The notes beneath the pieces were generated by a model. That model searched no databases. It saw nothing but the letters and a program-made list of their open reading frames with translations, and was not told the origin of the DNA. The position numbers and the translations under genes are program-made. A stretch of 64,000 nucleotides of DNA, from the IMG/VR virus record IMGVR_UViG_3300048591_000242, positions 128,001-192,000 of that record; one strand, written 5' to 3'. Below are positions 30,511-40,325 of this stretch, piece by piece. Origin of the DNA: a virus (lineage: Duplodnaviria; Caudoviricetes). Each line of letters begins with the position of its first letter. The stretch's first letter is position 1.

Positions 30511-32484
30511 ATGTCAATACCTAAATATAAGGCAAATGACATAGCCTTAATGTCTGAGGATGAGGTATGGGGTTTACCTAGGCAGATAGAAATTTTATTT
30601 GCAGATAAGGTAAAGTTAGTTACTACATGTAGAAGAACTATTATCAGTTGGTACATGTGGAGACTACATAGGGACTTTCCTGGGTGTCCTGTATTGAGTA
30701 CGCATCACATAGGTAACAAGCGATTTGTGAAGCGTAGTGAGCTTAAAAGACTATCGGTTATTTTCTGGGACGTATATGAGGGTCATCTGGAAAAGCATGA
30801 AAATACCGTATGGGAGATGAGTAAAGCTACCTATGAAATAATAAATACCATTCACAACATAACGGTATCTAGACTGAGTCCTTATGTAACTACTACGGAC
30901 TTAGCTGATATAGCTGAGATTATGACTCACCCAGTAATAGCTGGAGCTAAACGCAAGGCACAAGAGCGAATAGATGCTAATGAGGATGGTTCGGTAGTAC
31001 TGGCTGAAACCTTTAATGAAATCTTTTCTACGTTGGATGGAGATGACCCTAGCTTACGTAGAAATGGCATAGCCAAAATGGTTCGTTGTGGATTGTTAAA
31101 TAGAAACCAGATTTTACAATTCATAGGGCCTAGGGGATTTGTTAAGTCTACTGACGGTACTATGTATAGTGAGCCTATCTATGCAGGGTATGCGGATGGG
31201 TTAAAGAATCTGTATGACTCTATGACTGAGTCTAGAACTGCATCTTTAGCACTGTATATGAACGAAGGTCCTTTACAGGACTCTGAGTACTTTAACAGAC
31301 AGATGCAGCTTTTAGCAGCAGTTATCTCTGGGGTAGGTCAAGATGACTGTGGTACTCAGCATACCTTGGAGTGGTATGTAAATGAGAACGACCTAGAAGG
31401 GTTAGAGGGCAAGTACCATATAGTAGATGGCAAACCTGTTTTATTCAGTAAGCGGGACAGCCATTATGTAGGTAAGATTATTAATCTTAGATCTATTACT
31501 AGATGTGCTAATCCAGACCCTACTGTAGTCTGTAAAACCTGTCTAGGATTAGTGCACAGGGTAATACCGCCTAGGACTAACGTAGGGCACTTTCTTACAA
31601 TTGAACCTCTAGCTACCTTGAGTCAGCTTATACTGTCTACAAAGCACGTAGTAGCCAGCGTAGCCTCATTGTATCTAGATTTGTCTGGTTTACCGGGTAA
31701 ATGGTTTAGATATGACTCTCAGAATAAATCCGCTATACGTGTAAAGAAAGCTAATATAGCTAACTCTTACTGTATTCGGTTTTTAGCTAGTGAGGCTTCT
31801 GGTTTAAACAGTATAGCTTCCTGTAGCGATGTATCGTCTTTACCGCCGCAGCGCATAAGTTGTATTACTGGCATACAGATAGCTAACGCTGATGTAGACG
31901 GTAGTCCTAAGGGAGAATGGGATTCATTTGATACTGTGGTAGGTGGCGTGGGTAGTGCCTTGTCTGGGGATGTGATAGAAGCCATACAGCGTAATGGCTT
32001 TAAAGTAGTAGGGGAGATGATTGAGGTTTTGTTGGATGATTTTAGGGATAAGGTAATTATTATTACTCCTAGAAGAAACGAAGATATGATGACTTATCTT
32101 AAACAGGTAAAGCATTTTGTATTCGGAGCTGAAAACAAAAACGACAAAGGGGACTCTCTAGTTAGCTATACTAACCCGGCTTTAGCTGTAGCTTCTTTGA
32201 AAAGAATATTTGATGAGAAGATTACAGTTAACGTTATACATGCTGAGATCTTAGTGAGGGCATGTATGACAAGGATAAATCCGAATGACAGGTATGGTAA
32301 CACTGACTACAATTTGCCGGTAGGGGGAGAGGCCTTTAGATTTACTAATGCTAAAGCTATAATTCATAATAGAAGTATATCTGCGGCACTAGCATTTCAG
32401 GGACAGAAGAACTTACTTACCAATCCACAAACGTTTCTGGTACGAGACAGGCATCCACACCCACTGGATGCCTTTATTTATTAA
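30511..32484 (+). CDS. nvRNAP beta-prime C-terminal subunit (phiKZ gp74-like)
   Basis: GPRGF, SEYFNRQMQL, DDCGT, RSITRC...VCKTCLG, LSTKH and IHAEIL motifs. Confidence 0.88.
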   Translation: MSIPKYKANDIALMSEDEVWGLPRQIEILFADKVKLVTTCRRTIISWYMWRLHRDFPGCPVLSTHHIGNKRFVKRSELKRLSVIFWDVYEGHLEKHENTVWEMSKATYEIINTIHNITVSRLSPYVTTTDLADIAEIMTHPVIAGAKRKAQERIDANEDGSVVLAETFNEIFSTLDGDDPSLRRNGIAKMVRCGLLNRNQILQFIGPRGFVKSTDGTMYSEPIYAGYADGLKNLYDSMTESRTASLALYMNEGPLQDSEYFNRQMQLLAAVISGVGQDDCGTQHTLEWYVNENDLEGLEGKYHIVDGKPVLFSKRDSHYVGKIINLRSITRCANPDPTVVCKTCLGLVHRVIPPRTNVGHFLTIEPLATLSQLILSTKHVVASVASLYLDLSGLPGKWFRYDSQNKSAIRVKKANIANSYCIRFLASEASGLNSIASCSDVSSLPPQRISCITGIQIANADVDGSPKGEWDSFDTVVGGVGSALSGDVIEAIQRNGFKVVGEMIEVLLDDFRDKVIIITPRRNEDMMTYLKQVKHFVFGAENKNDKGDSLVSYTNPALAVASLKRIFDEKITVNVIHAEILVRACMTRINPNDRYGNTDYNLPVGGEAFRFTNAKAIIHNRSISAALAFQGQKNLLTNPQTFLVRDRHPHPLDAFIY

Positions 32485-32542
32485 ACTACAGAACGATAGG
32501 GTACAGCCGTGCCCTATCCGACTACATGGGAGTATATGGATA

Positions 32543-32830
32543 ATGAATAGACTAGAACATTTGATGGTTATATTCATGGAAGAATGTGGCGAGGTAGCGC
32601 ACGAAACATCTAAGTTAATGCGTTTTGGTGTTAATGAAAGACAAAGTGATAAACATCTGACTAACATAGAAAGATTATCTATTGAGTTTAGTCAACTTAT
32701 GGCTATGCGCGAAATGTTGGCTGATGAGGGTATAGACATTCAAATATATCCGGCATATCTGGCTGAGAAGAAACTGAAGGTAGAAGATTTTCTTGAGTAC
32801 TCCAGACAGATTGGTACGCTAGTGCCATAA
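32543..32830 (+). CDS. MazG-like nucleotide pyrophosphohydrolase
   Basis: MEECGEVAHETSKLMRFG...EFSQL helical EExxE motif. Confidence 0.6.
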   Translation: MNRLEHLMVIFMEECGEVAHETSKLMRFGVNERQSDKHLTNIERLSIEFSQLMAMREMLADEGIDIQIYPAYLAEKKLKVEDFLEYSRQIGTLVP

Positions 32831-32833
32831 TGG

Positions 32834-33118
32834 ATGATATGTAACTTAAGGGGGTATGTATTTTATTATATATCTGTATTAACATTTGTTATAAGGCTTA
32901 GTGATATGATGTCGTGGCTAGCCGGACAGGGAATGTTAGTTATTAGTGTGGCAAGTATGTTTATTGTACTTTTAGGTATGTTAGTTCTGGTAATACTTCT
33001 ATTTAATATATTAAATTATTTAGAAAAGGATGCTAAGGGCAGTTACAAGTACAGTAGTGGGTATTCGCTGTTTAATAGTAGAAGTAATAATTCAAGTGAC
33101 GGGGAGAGTAGAAAGTGA
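32834..33118 (+). CDS. small membrane protein
   Basis: Long hydrophobic segment LVISVASMFIVLLGMLVLVILLFNIL. Confidence 0.55.
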   Translation: MICNLRGYVFYYISVLTFVIRLSDMMSWLAGQGMLVISVASMFIVLLGMLVLVILLFNILNYLEKDAKGSYKYSSGYSLFNSRSNNSSDGESRK

Positions 33119-33294
33119 AGAAAAGTAATTTAAAGGTACGACCTAATCAGAAGGCTAAGGCTGTAGCACGTAGAAAGAAAGGTATAGCTAAGCGTAATTC
33201 TCGAGGTGGGCAGCGACCGACTACACTAGCGAATCTACCACCAGAGATTCAGAAGATGGTGGCAGACATGCAGTTAAAACAAAAAGCCCAATAA
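33115..33294 (+). CDS. 59-aa highly basic protein (not in ORF track)
   Basis: GTGA overlap and GGGGAG RBS; MKKSNLKVRPNQKAKAVARRKKGIAKRNSRGGQRPTTLANLPPEIQKMVADMQLKQKAQ. Confidence 0.6.
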   Translation: MKKSNLKVRPNQKAKAVARRKKGIAKRNSRGGQRPTTLANLPPEIQKMVADMQLKQKAQ

Positions 33295-33401
33295 TTAAGG
33301 CTAGATTTAAGTGACTAGAGAGAGGATAAAACCTCTCTCTAGCTATGCTCTATTTTTTGAATGTAAGTTATGATATGGATTCTATTTTTAGGAGAAGTAT
33401 C

Positions 33402-33767
33402 ATGAAACCGCATAACTGGATGATGGTTAATTGGAAACCTATGTATGCGTTAATCTATTCTATAGTCTGTCTTGCTGATTTTGTAGTCTTTCCAGCCTGG
33501 GTAGGCATACATCGAGTTAACTATTTTGAACTTTTAGAGGCAGTTAGTAAGTTTGATCCTAAGGTACAAGCGGAGCTTATACACGTCGCTATGAAGAGTT
33601 GGGAGCCATTTACGTTAAAAGGTACCGGTCTATTTCATCTAGCTTCCGGGGCACTATTAACAGGCGCTGCCATTACTAAAGGACCAGACAGTAATGCGGT
33701 CTTTACTGACAAAGGTCTTAAGTTTGCACGTAGAAAAGAAGATAGAGTAAAGGTAAGTGTAGAGTAA
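33402..33767 (+). CDS. holin-like membrane protein (GTA 3TM holin family-like)
   Basis: WKPMYALIYSIVCLADFVVFP...WEPFTLKGTGLFHLASGALL resembles WRP...DF..FP...W.PLTL.G.GLFH. Confidence 0.6.
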   Translation: MKPHNWMMVNWKPMYALIYSIVCLADFVVFPAWVGIHRVNYFELLEAVSKFDPKVQAELIHVAMKSWEPFTLKGTGLFHLASGALLTGAAITKGPDSNAVFTDKGLKFARRKEDRVKVSVE

Positions 33768-33840
33768 ACGTTCTAGGGTATGGGTTTAGGCCTGTACTCT
33801 AAACGCTATGCTGTAGTTTAAATATTAATCAGGGTAGAGA

Positions 33841-36315
33841 ATGGTATACGGCCCATATATAAAGGCCCTATGCCATTTAGCGTTCGCAGACATCCAAGGA
33901 GTTCCCATGGTACGTTATAAGTTCTCGGTATTTTCACATGGATTTACCGTTAGTCTTTTCTATGTAAACGACAAGCAGGCTATCCTTGAGTTTAGTAAAG
34001 ACCTAGCTACATTTGAAGAAATGTGGGTACCCAAGCTACGTAGAAAAATAAGAAAGGTAAAGTCTGTGTTTGCAGCAGCTAGTATGGATAGAATGGAATA
34101 TAGTTTTCTTATAGCTGACTTTGTACCTTTAATAAAATTCTTAAAGGAAAGAGGCTATACCGATGCGGATATGTCTATATATAAACATAACGCCTCAGAG
34201 GGTATGCCTATTGAGATTGAATTGGGGGATGGAGTGGCTCCTAAAGATCAAGAACAAAGAGACGTAGTTGAGTTTATCAATAGTCCAGACAAAACCAATA
34301 TTGTTTTAAATCTAAGAACAGGTGGAGGTAAAGCACAACCTTTAGCTTCTAAGATTAAGATACCGGGTGGTTGGAGTACTATGGGTGAGATGGAAGTAGG
34401 TAAAATTATAACTGCTCCAGACGGTACCCCCACTAAGGTAACCGGTGTACACCCTCAGGGGTTAAAGGGTTGTTATAAATTAACTTTTAGCGACGGTAGA
34501 AGTTGTGAGGCTGACGGGGAACATTTATGGCGAGTATATGTGAAGGGAGAAGAACTTACTATAGATACCGCTGAAGTACATGGCTTGGTAGGTACAGGTA
34601 ACGTACTGACCATACCGCTACCTACATCTGAGCACATATCGGAAGTAGAGTTACCCATGGACCCATATGAGCTAGGAATTGGTTTAGGAGCTATGGATAA
34701 TAACCATAAACTACCTACTGGTATAGTGGATTTAGAGGGATATACTCAGCTAAATGGATTAGCTTATGGCGAATATATCCCTAAACTATATCTACATGCT
34801 TCTACCACACAAAGACTAAATTTAGTACGTGGATTAATGGATGCTTGTGGTCACACTGTAACGGACGGCTCTGTTTACTTTACCTCCAATACCTATACCC
34901 TGGCAAAGAACCTTCAATATTTAGTTAGATCACTAGGAGGTTGTGCTAGCTTAACCACCAATACCACCAACAGGTTTGTAAGAGGGGCTATAAATAGAAC
35001 TAGCTCGAGCTATAGGGTCTATGTAGAGTACCCTATTGTCACTGAGTTATATAGTTGTAATAGAAAGAAAACCAACTGTATGTCTAGAGGCAAATACTTA
35101 AATAAGGTAGAGTGTCGTATAGTGAATGTAGAATACATAGGTAGAAAGGAAACTCAGTGTATCTCTGTAGATCACCCAGACAAGCTTTACATTACTGATG
35201 ACTTTATAGTAACGCATAACACGTTTTTGGGATTAAACTCCATAGCTAACTTTAAAGTACGCACGGCATTGATAATGAATGCCGGGCACTTTAAGACATG
35301 GCAGGATTCCATGTCGTGGGTATACAAGGACGAAAAAAACTACTGTATAGTTAGGGGTAGAGATAATCTTAAACGGCTTATAGAGCTATCTATAGCTGGA
35401 GAAAATGAGTATAAGCTTATCTATATCTCCATAGCTACGCTTAGAAAGTATATTACTGACTATCTAGCCACAGGGGAGACTATAGAGGGGGTACATCCTA
35501 GAGAGTTATTTAGTGTATTAGGGGTAGGTTATCGCATAGTAGATGAGGCACATCAATCTATACATGCGATAGCCATACAAAACATTTTTACTCACGTAAA
35601 CAAAACACTTTACTTATCTGCTACTTTAGTAACGGAAGATCCGTTTCTACAGAAACAGTATAAGAAAATGTTTCCTTTAGAAGATCAGTTTAAGAAAGGA
35701 GTAACTAACAAACACGCTCGAGGTATTAGTATTACCTATAGGGTAAAGGATAGGGATAAGATTCGCTGTACAGGGGGTAAAGGCTATAGTCATGTTGTTT
35801 ATGAACATTGGATTATGTCAAATAAACAAAGACTTAGTAATTACATAGAGATGATAGAAAGTATTTTAACTGAATCATTCATAAGTGTAAGGGAAGGGAA
35901 ACAAAAGGCACTTATCTTCTGCAGCACCACTGAGTTATGTAAGATAGTGGCAGATCAGCTAAGAATAAGTTATGGTGATAGATTTACCATATCAGATTAC
36001 GTAGCCAGTCACGATCCGTCTGTACTACACGACAACGATATAGTGGTATCTACACCACTATCGGCAGGTACTGGTGTAGATATAGAAGACCTAAGAGTAG
36101 CCATATCTACTGTAGCCGTAAGATCCATTCAGCTTAACCAGCAGATGGCCGGGCGATTACGTCCGCTACGTAATCATCCAAATGTAACACCGGATTACAT
36201 CTGGCTAAACTGTGGAGATATACCACAGCACTTGCAGTATAACTCAGCTAAGATGGAGCAGTTAGGAAACCATACCAAAGAGATTAAGTATACCTTTTAT
36301 AACACTGAAATATAA
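33841..36315 (+). CDS. superfamily 2 (UvsW/DEAD-like) helicase, phiKZ gp75-like, containing an intein
   Basis: RTGGGK|T Walker A split by the intein; IVDEAH; LSAT; AGTGVDI; QQMAGRLR. Confidence 0.92.
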   Translation: MVYGPYIKALCHLAFADIQGVPMVRYKFSVFSHGFTVSLFYVNDKQAILEFSKDLATFEEMWVPKLRRKIRKVKSVFAAASMDRMEYSFLIADFVPLIKFLKERGYTDADMSIYKHNASEGMPIEIELGDGVAPKDQEQRDVVEFINSPDKTNIVLNLRTGGGKAQPLASKIKIPGGWSTMGEMEVGKIITAPDGTPTKVTGVHPQGLKGCYKLTFSDGRSCEADGEHLWRVYVKGEELTIDTAEVHGLVGTGNVLTIPLPTSEHISEVELPMDPYELGIGLGAMDNNHKLPTGIVDLEGYTQLNGLAYGEYIPKLYLHASTTQRLNLVRGLMDACGHTVTDGSVYFTSNTYTLAKNLQYLVRSLGGCASLTTNTTNRFVRGAINRTSSSYRVYVEYPIVTELYSCNRKKTNCMSRGKYLNKVECRIVNVEYIGRKETQCISVDHPDKLYITDDFIVTHNTFLGLNSIANFKVRTALIMNAGHFKTWQDSMSWVYKDEKNYCIVRGRDNLKRLIELSIAGENEYKLIYISIATLRKYITDYLATGETIEGVHPRELFSVLGVGYRIVDEAHQSIHAIAIQNIFTHVNKTLYLSATLVTEDPFLQKQYKKMFPLEDQFKKGVTNKHARGISITYRVKDRDKIRCTGGKGYSHVVYEHWIMSNKQRLSNYIEMIESILTESFISVREGKQKALIFCSTTELCKIVADQLRISYGDRFTISDYVASHDPSVLHDNDIVVSTPLSAGTGVDIEDLRVAISTVAVRSIQLNQQMAGRLRPLRNHPNVTPDYIWLNCGDIPQHLQYNSAKMEQLGNHTKEIKYTFYNTEI
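34333..35220 (+). mobile_element. 296-aa intein, class-3 type, with LAGLIDADG-like endonuclease remnant
   Basis: Starts AQPLASK, ends IVTHN before +1 Thr; WCT triad (EHLW, QCIS, VTHN); VRGLMDACG and LAKNLQYLVRSLG. Confidence 0.9.
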
Positions 36316-36319
36316 ACCC

Positions 36320-36355
36320 AGGACTAGGGGATATCCTCTAGTCCTTTTATGCTGT
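36320..36355 (+). terminator. hairpin plus TATGCTGT motif
   Basis: aggactagggg-atat-cctctagtcct, tttt, then tatgctgt. Confidence 0.75.
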
Positions 36356-36372
36356 ATATTGGAGAATTAATT

Positions 36373-37041
36373 ATGATATCAATTTGTTTTAATAATAAGA
36401 TGGTGGCTACAGACTCATTGCACCCAAAAACACCTATAGGGGGTAAAAACTATGGCGCCATATTTACCACGAAATGTGGAAAATTAAACGGCAACAAAAT
36501 AATTGCTGTTGCATGCTGTGGAAATATCGTATTAGCTGGCCAGCTACTATACTCATATTTAGGTGACGTAACGCTGTATAATACACCTGGAAATGAAGAG
36601 GATTTTTCTGTGTGGATCAGTAGAACCTATAAAAGGCTGTTAGGATTTGTCGATAACAGCGAAGTTGTAGTTTTCAGTAAGGGTACAGAAGGTACAGTTA
36701 TACATACTTTTGGCATAAGTAGAAACGGTATATCTACGATTAAGGAAATACCTATGACTGAAGATGATATTGGTGTCTTAGACACATGTATTTATACCTC
36801 TGACGATCTAGACGAATATTGCGATAGTAAAGCCAACGTCAAATTACCAACCAACCCACTGGATAGGATGTGGGTTTATTCTAAATACCACCAGGGTCGT
36901 AATCCTACTATCACATATCTAGAATTTGATACTATGGAACTTAAAACATACTCACCCACACCCGCCATTAAAAGGAAATTAACTAAACTTGCAAAAGATA
37001 CCCTTGAGTTTAGATTAGCTATAATAGAAAATAGAATTTAA
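36373..37041 (+). CDS. hypothetical protein, possibly a degenerate HslV/proteasome-beta (Ntn) fold
   Basis: MISICFNNKMVATDS and IAVACCGN resemble TTI.......AADS and G.AG; no N-terminal Thr. Confidence 0.4.
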   Translation: MISICFNNKMVATDSLHPKTPIGGKNYGAIFTTKCGKLNGNKIIAVACCGNIVLAGQLLYSYLGDVTLYNTPGNEEDFSVWISRTYKRLLGFVDNSEVVVFSKGTEGTVIHTFGISRNGISTIKEIPMTEDDIGVLDTCIYTSDDLDEYCDSKANVKLPTNPLDRMWVYSKYHQGRNPTITYLEFDTMELKTYSPTPAIKRKLTKLAKDTLEFRLAIIENRI

Positions 37042-37197
37042 TCATGTATTGTATTATATGTAAGTTGCCGTGTCTTAAATGCTTTATCGAGTATTTCTAG
37101 CAAACGAGACAATAGCACATAACCCGTTCTATGGCTAGCTTTAGTGCTAGCCATAGACACCCTTTATACCGCTTTTTTATTTTTGGGGAATGCTGTA

Positions 37198-38220
37198 ATG
37201 TATACAGAAATCGTAGCAGAAGAATTAGAATTAGATGCAGCATTGGACTGTTGCTTGGTAAAGTCTAGACTGGTTATGGGGCTAGAGGATATATTTGAAA
37301 GTTTACCTACAGACTGTGACATGGGTAAAACGGTATTGGCTGTGGCGGCAACAAACACTGGCAATACACCCACATATAGTGCAGAAGGTATTTCCGATTT
37401 CCTCGCACAACTGTGGGAGGGGATTAAGAATGTAATGTCTAAGATCTGGGAAAACATTAAGAAATTCGGGGCATGGCTACGTGCTGGCGTGTTAAGATTG
37501 TTTGGTATGTCCAAAAGTATAAAAGAAGAGGCGGATGGTAAACTTGACTTGGTAGGTCAGATAAAAGCGGAACAGTTACAATTTCTTAAAGGGATGGCTG
37601 CTTATGACGATGGTATACGCAATGCAATGAATTTAAGTGAGGGTAGAGTGGGTGCCATTATAGATGCTGTTGATGAATTCAGTAAGAAAGAAATACCTAC
37701 TACAGAAGAAACTATGGCCAATGCCAGGGCTTTTTTGGATGCTAAAAGAGCAGCAAAGGATGCTAAAGCTATTACCGATAAACTGGCCATGGGGGAAATA
37801 GAAGTGACATCCACTAAAGATCCAGAATCTGGGGAAGAGACACTGGTTGGGTTTAATTATGTACCTAACAAACCAGCCAAGGACAGCGATAAGGTTACTA
37901 AAATAACCGGTAAGGATATTTCTAAAATGGCTGGAGAAATATCTAAGACAGAAAGTAAGGTCTTAGATATGACTAAACGATTAACGGACACCAAATGGGC
38001 CGAGGATGCCATTAAGAAAATGGACTCAATGATACGTAGACTGGGTAGTGCGCCGGAAGGTAAAGTAAAACGCTACGTCGCCAGAAAATCCAGAGAACTA
38101 TCTAGGGCCATCCAAACAGAAATAAAGCTCAATAAAATAATAGCCGATGACCTAAAAAAGACACTGGATGCATCCATTAGTGGTTTGGATGGGGCTCTTA
38201 AGTCACTCAGCAACAAATAA
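37198..38220 (+). CDS. virion internal head protein, paralog A
   Basis: Acidic propeptide with LE/SAE cleavage motifs (GLE, YSAEG); W..IK..MSKIW..IKKF. Confidence 0.65.
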   Translation: MYTEIVAEELELDAALDCCLVKSRLVMGLEDIFESLPTDCDMGKTVLAVAATNTGNTPTYSAEGISDFLAQLWEGIKNVMSKIWENIKKFGAWLRAGVLRLFGMSKSIKEEADGKLDLVGQIKAEQLQFLKGMAAYDDGIRNAMNLSEGRVGAIIDAVDEFSKKEIPTTEETMANARAFLDAKRAAKDAKAITDKLAMGEIEVTSTKDPESGEETLVGFNYVPNKPAKDSDKVTKITGKDISKMAGEISKTESKVLDMTKRLTDTKWAEDAIKKMDSMIRRLGSAPEGKVKRYVARKSRELSRAIQTEIKLNKIIADDLKKTLDASISGLDGALKSLSNK

Positions 38221-38251
38221 TAGCCACCAGTAAACTTTGAGGAATGCCGTA

Positions 38252-39256
38252 ATGTATACAGAAGAATTAGAATTAGATGCAGCATTGGATGACTGCATCG
38301 CCAAGGCCAATTTAACTATCGGCCTGGAGAGTGTATTTCCAGATTTACCAGAAAATAGTAAGCTAGGTAGAAAGGTTTTAGAGGTAGCTTCCATGCATAC
38401 CGGCATTACACCTACATATAGTGCTGAGGGTATAGGTGACTTTTTAATTAATGTCTGGGAAGGCATTAAAAATGTAATGTCTAAGATCTGGGAGAGTATT
38501 AAGAAGTTTGCTAAATGGGTAAAAGAGTCCATTGGCAATATGTTTGGCAAAATTGACGATAAAAGAATTGATTCAATAGCCGACAGCGATGTAGTTGTTG
38601 AAGTAGAAGAAGCTGCTGAGTTACCAGATCTTGCTAAACTTAAAAAAATGAATGAAGACGTTCTCTATGAAGGTGACGTTGAAAAGCAAATTGATGCTTT
38701 AGAGAAGGTAGATGAAGATCTTACCGATGACGTAGCTGAAGTAATAGAGGCCGGTACCGCTGAAGTAGATAAAGGTAAGGTAAAAGATCTTAATGAATTC
38801 TTTACTAATAACCAGGTAGTAATTGAATCTACTATTGACCCGCACAGTGGTAAAGAAACCAGAAATGCGGTTACTGTTGTGCCGTTAAACAGAAAAACCA
38901 ATACGGTTAAAATTAAACGTATGAGTGGTAAGGATTTGGCCAAGATGGCTAAGGACACCAAGTCGCTACAAAAGGATGTAGAAGACGCAGTGGAAAATCT
39001 TACCGACACTAAATGGGGTGAAAAGCGTTTAGCCGATTTGGATAAAATCATTAAACGCATCAGTAAGGCGGGTACCTTAAAAGCTAAGAGTGTAGTAAAG
39101 AAACAGGCTATTACTCTTAGCGGTGTAGTGCGGGATAACCTTAAGGTAAAAAGAGCTATGGCTCGTGACCTATTAGAGTCATTAGAGGCCCGTATTAAAA
39201 TAATTGATGGCGCCATTAAGGCTATGGAAGCTGCTGAAAAAGCCGATAAAGAGTAA
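38252..39256 (+). CDS. virion internal head protein, paralog B
   Basis: Near-identical N-terminus to paralog A at both DNA and protein level. Confidence 0.65.
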   Translation: MYTEELELDAALDDCIAKANLTIGLESVFPDLPENSKLGRKVLEVASMHTGITPTYSAEGIGDFLINVWEGIKNVMSKIWESIKKFAKWVKESIGNMFGKIDDKRIDSIADSDVVVEVEEAAELPDLAKLKKMNEDVLYEGDVEKQIDALEKVDEDLTDDVAEVIEAGTAEVDKGKVKDLNEFFTNNQVVIESTIDPHSGKETRNAVTVVPLNRKTNTVKIKRMSGKDLAKMAKDTKSLQKDVEDAVENLTDTKWGEKRLADLDKIIKRISKAGTLKAKSVVKKQAITLSGVVRDNLKVKRAMARDLLESLEARIKIIDGAIKAMEAAEKADKE

Positions 39257-39262
39257 CGCATT

Positions 39263-39751
39263 ATGAAATATATTCCGATTTTTGATGATACTACGGTAGG
39301 TTCTGTATTTGCTGAGCTTTTGGCCTGTCAGAGTGAAGGGGAGACTGAGGCTACTTTAATCTTCAGTGCCCCTGATATGGGTATGTATATAGGTTTGGCC
39401 TTTAGAGACCTTTTATATACCTTTAAGGACACTCTTGCGCTTACGGCGGTAGCCCACATACCCCCTAACCTAAATGAGCTTGTAGCGATTACAGGGTTGC
39501 CTGTAGAGCAGAGAAAGATTACTAAGTCAAATCTAGTAATCTTTGTAAAAGAAACCTGGTTTATCGAAGGCTCTGTTTCTGAGCAGTACATTACTCATTC
39601 AGAAAAGCTTTTAGTAGAAAATAAAATTGTAAAACTAATAAGCGAGTCTTCTAAGCTTACCGAAGAAAACATAAACAACCTAATTAAAGACGGTAAGGTT
39701 GTTCATGCTAAGGATGCTATAGAGGCAGGGTTATTTGGGAGTACTGTATAA
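39263..39751 (+). CDS. degenerate ClpP-like protein lacking the catalytic triad
   Basis: LIFSAP..GMYIGLAFRDLL and ISESSKLTEENI...HAKDAIEAGLFG align with the ClpP scaffold; no Ser/His/Asp motifs. Confidence 0.6.
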   Translation: MKYIPIFDDTTVGSVFAELLACQSEGETEATLIFSAPDMGMYIGLAFRDLLYTFKDTLALTAVAHIPPNLNELVAITGLPVEQRKITKSNLVIFVKETWFIEGSVSEQYITHSEKLLVENKIVKLISESSKLTEENINNLIKDGKVVHAKDAIEAGLFGSTV

Positions 39752-40248
39752 TGGCTACTAAAAGAATACTTTACATTACCGATGACATAGCTTTAGAAAA
39801 CGGCTATGAGGTAATTATAGGTTTGCGTAAGCTAGAGGCAGAAGACCCTATCTCCCCTATAGTTTTGTTTATAAATTCATACGGTGGCAGAGTAGACGTA
39901 TGTCTGGCTATAGTAGACGTTATGAACGATCTGTCGTGTCCTGTATATACCGTGGGATACGGTCAGGTTATGTCAGCAGGTGCCTTTATTTTAGCAAACG
40001 GCTCTAAAGGTAATAGAAGCTTAGCCCCTAATGCCAGAGTACTACTACATCACCCTAACGGCAATAACGTACTGGGAGATACAGACACCGGCATGGCTGT
40101 ATTCTTAGCCTATCGTGATATGGTAGATGTATTAATAGCAGAAGCTTCTGAAAGAAGTATAGAAGAGGTATCTTCTAAGATGTCTACTGACTATTATTTA
40201 TCTGCTACAGAAGCTGTAGAATTTGGTATAGTAGATACTGTTTTATAG
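39751..40248 (+). CDS. clpP: ClpP protease proteolytic subunit
   Basis: INSYGG, VMSAGAF (Ser), LLHHP (His), TDYYLSATEAVEFGIVD (Asp). Confidence 0.93.
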   Translation: MATKRILYITDDIALENGYEVIIGLRKLEAEDPISPIVLFINSYGGRVDVCLAIVDVMNDLSCPVYTVGYGQVMSAGAFILANGSKGNRSLAPNARVLLHHPNGNNVLGDTDTGMAVFLAYRDMVDVLIAEASERSIEEVSSKMSTDYYLSATEAVEFGIVDTVL

Positions 40249-40256
40249 CGTATTAG

Positions 40257-40284
40257 GTATAGTCCTCCATATAGAGGACTATAC
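40257..40284 (+). terminator. stem-loop after clpP
   Basis: gtatagtcctc-catata-gaggactatac plus T run. Confidence 0.8.
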
Positions 40285-40317
40285 TTTTTATGATGTTGTT
40301 TAGGTATTAGTAAAATA

Positions 40318-40325
40318 TATATTAC
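40318..40325 (+). promoter_or_regulatory. early promoter core TATATTAC
   Basis: Consensus match upstream of the gene at 40450; variants TATATCAC/TATATAAC occur at 11871, 40911, 42461 and 45170. Confidence 0.55.
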
